A stretch of DNA of 64,000 nucleotides, from NCBI GenBank assembly GCA_036172245.1, contig JAYWIR010000009.1, positions 1,364,001-1,428,000 of the forward strand. Reading direction: 5' to 3'. The stretch comes from Raillietiella orientalis (Eukaryota). The position numbers and the translations under genes are program-made. The notes under the pieces are model-generated. The model made no database searches. It was not told the origin of the DNA and saw only the letters and a program-made list of their open reading frames with translations. Shown here one piece after another: positions 61,790-64,000 of the stretch (positions are counted from its first letter, which is position 1; each line of letters starts with the position of its first letter).

Positions 61790-62680
61790 TGCTTTGCATC
61801 TCTTCCTTTCGCAGGCGACCTCGACTACGGAGGTGGCGCCGACGAGCTGCCCGACGCTGAGAGAGGTTGCAAGCACTTCAGCGCAGAGCCATCGGCGATC
61901 AGCCAGTGGTGCGTCCGCAAGAAAGAGGAATCACCTGGCAACGGCGAAGCAGCCAAGAACAGGGTCCTCGTGCGAGGGACCACTGGGAGCAGCAGCCCAT
62001 GTCTCCGGATCCTGGGGACTTTGAAAAATTCGCCTCCGGACCCTCTACCTGCCCTTCCGACAGGTAGGCAGTTCTGCAAGTCTGGCTCTCGCGATGTCTT
62101 CCAGGTCGAGGAGAACGGATTGGCCTCTTTGCATCCCCGGGAGTGGTTTCCTCGTCGTGTTCCCTGGAATCGAAGTGCAGGTGCACACGCAATTACGAGT
62201 GCCCCGTTTCGGGAAGAGCGGATGGAAACTATTCGGGAAGCTGCGAAGGAATCCAGAAGTTTCGCGGCTCGGAAGAACCGACCAAGACTTTTCAGGACTC
62301 GCAAAAAATGACGCGCGCAGGAGCTCGCGCAAGCGCGCACGCACTGGGGAACAGTTGGCGGTACACTTCCTCACCTTGCAGTGAAAAATGCAGCATCAGA
62401 AGAAACGCGCGGTACACCACAGATCAGACGAACGCACTGATGAGACGGTACTTAGGAGTTCGTGACCGTGGCAGCCTTACGGATTACGGTCTGCATCCGC
62501 GCCGAACTCATCTGCAGGAAACTGGAAGGACGCGAGCCGAACGCTACTCCCCTCTCTCCCCGCATTCTCGCGCGCGACCTTCTTTCCTTCGATCTCCCGA
62601 AACGAATGCAGGTTTCCCCCCCGACCCAGAGGAGTGTGTTCCTAGCGGACATTGAAGAACATCCGTCAGGGAAGTGCAGA
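61790..62680 (+). mobile_element. PIF/Harbinger transposase fossil, copy B
   Basis: HWEQQPMSPDPGDFEKF, WGTVGGT (GAIDGTH like), YLGVRDRGSLTDYG (V.VG.PGS..D like), VFLAD. Confidence 0.55.
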
Positions 62681-62699
62681 AGAAACGTCATCGTCGGTG

Positions 62700-62840
62700 G
62701 CTGCTGCCGATTCTTTTCTTTTTCTTTTTTTTTTTATCCATCTGCCTTCGTCCTCATGACTGATTCTTCTTTTTCAGCTCTGCCTCACGGCCCGTTACAT
62801 CTCTTCCTTTCGCAGGCGACCTTGACTAAGGAGGTGGCTC
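62700..62840 (+). repeat. Third partial copy (C) of the Harbinger-associated polypyrimidine/acceptor module
   Basis: Matches the reverse complement of ~59975-60113 (ctgctgccgattcttttc...catctcttcctttcgcaggcgacct). Confidence 0.85.
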
Positions 62841-63064
62841 AAGCTACGCAACAGAGGTCAGAAAACTGCACCACGACCTCAACTTCCAGCTCGGTGGTTC
62901 ACTCCGTCCTCTCTGCTGACCACTTCCGATGAAAAATGATTCCAAGAATCTCCTGTTCCTGAATCCACCGAGGGCAACAGAGCCCAAGAAAAGAATCGGG
63001 ATAGGTTCTTCCAGGCAAATGATCTGCAACAGGAGAAAAAAAAGGCAAAGGATAGGGGTCAAAG

Positions 63065-63420
63065 GGTTTGAGCGGCCACGTGGTTGCGGTCTCTGCGCGT
63101 GGCACCAGGCGTCGCGGATTCGAATACTCCGAGAAACGGGTGTGTCATGGGTTCGAGTTCCTCCTGCAAGATGACTCTGGCCTATATTCATCGAGGTGCG
63201 GAACCAGTGGCACTTAAAACTGCATGCCCCCGATGAGTGACCGGGGTTGGAAGTCGACCCTCCGGGGTCCTTCCAGAAACTGAATCAGGGAGTCCAGTTC
63301 CCTTCGGAGTTTGCCTCCAGTTGCGCAAAGGAGCGGACCCCCTCTTCGGGGGGGGACCCTCTGTCTCGTACCCTGGAGCTGGTGGATTGATGATACCTGT
63401 CCAGAGTGCAAAGTTGCTCC
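63065..63420 (+). mobile_element. Long SINE-like family, copy 5 (diverged)
   Basis: Two B-box-like motifs (GGATTCGAATAC ~63116; GGGTTCGAGTTCC ~63149); body motif gctggtggattgatg..tccagagtgcaa. Confidence 0.75.
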
Positions 63421-64000
63421 AGAGCTTGACCGGCTGCAAATTCCTTGCCACCCCCACCCTGCACGCATCCGCAGGCGCATAGCGGCTCCGAGCATGGAAG
63501 CGTGACATCTAAGCTATGCTAGGGAAGTGGAAAAGAGGCGAGATTGTTTTCGCGGGCCAGCTTCCTCCTTTCCCAGCAGCAAGTGCCGGGATGATGGGAT
63601 TCTCTCGAGGACCATGTGTCGGAAACGAGTTGGTTCGTTAGTACCCGCTCCCTGTCCGATGTGGATTATTCATACGTGAACTGCACGGGCACGTGATCTC
63701 CCACACCATGAACTTGCAGCAGAAGAGAAATTCTCTTGTATCACGCTACTGCAGGGCTTCTAATTAGCAGCTAATTGCAAAACACGGATGTCTTCCTCGA
63801 AGGAACCTAAGCTTCCCTCCCGACAACCATCAATTTGAGGATCCACCGACGCACCTGCCTTCCGTGGAACCTCGGCGATCACAGGAAGCGACAAGAATCA
63901 TCAAGTGCGGAACCCTGTGCAAATTATCACCCAGGCACGTGAGTGGCACGCGCCAGAAGCTGTCTGCGGACGCGTCGCCACGCTCAGAGGCCATGAGTTT

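Overview
Eukaryotic (animal, most likely arthropod) genomic DNA; nothing prokaryotic. One host gene is well supported: a minus-strand neurogenin/tap-family bHLH gene. Its exon ending ...RARSPTQ (54452) splices in phase 0 across a GT-AG intron (52612-54451) to the bHLH exon [20 protein letters not shown]... (52611-52171). The N-terminus is unresolved. The rest is a gene desert of heavily decayed transposon fossils, recognised by eye from scattered motifs in broken frames: an EnSpm/CMC-like element, Gypsy, BEL/Pao, several L1/Tx1-like and one R2/NeSL-like LINE, and PIF/Harbinger. There are also at least five copies of a long tRNA-derived SINE-like family, and small AT-rich islands with clustered homeodomain/POU/Sox/E-box motifs that look like enhancers. 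The most unusual pattern is four nearly identical (about 95-99%) INVERTED tracts. At least two lie inside otherwise strongly diverged old repeats, and three flank or sit upstream of the gene, suggesting recent ectopic gene conversion or templated copying. Nearly all ORFs in the supplied track are GC-rich chance ORFs. TE boundaries are approximate and mismatch counts were made by eye. I found no convincing novel multi-gene system.
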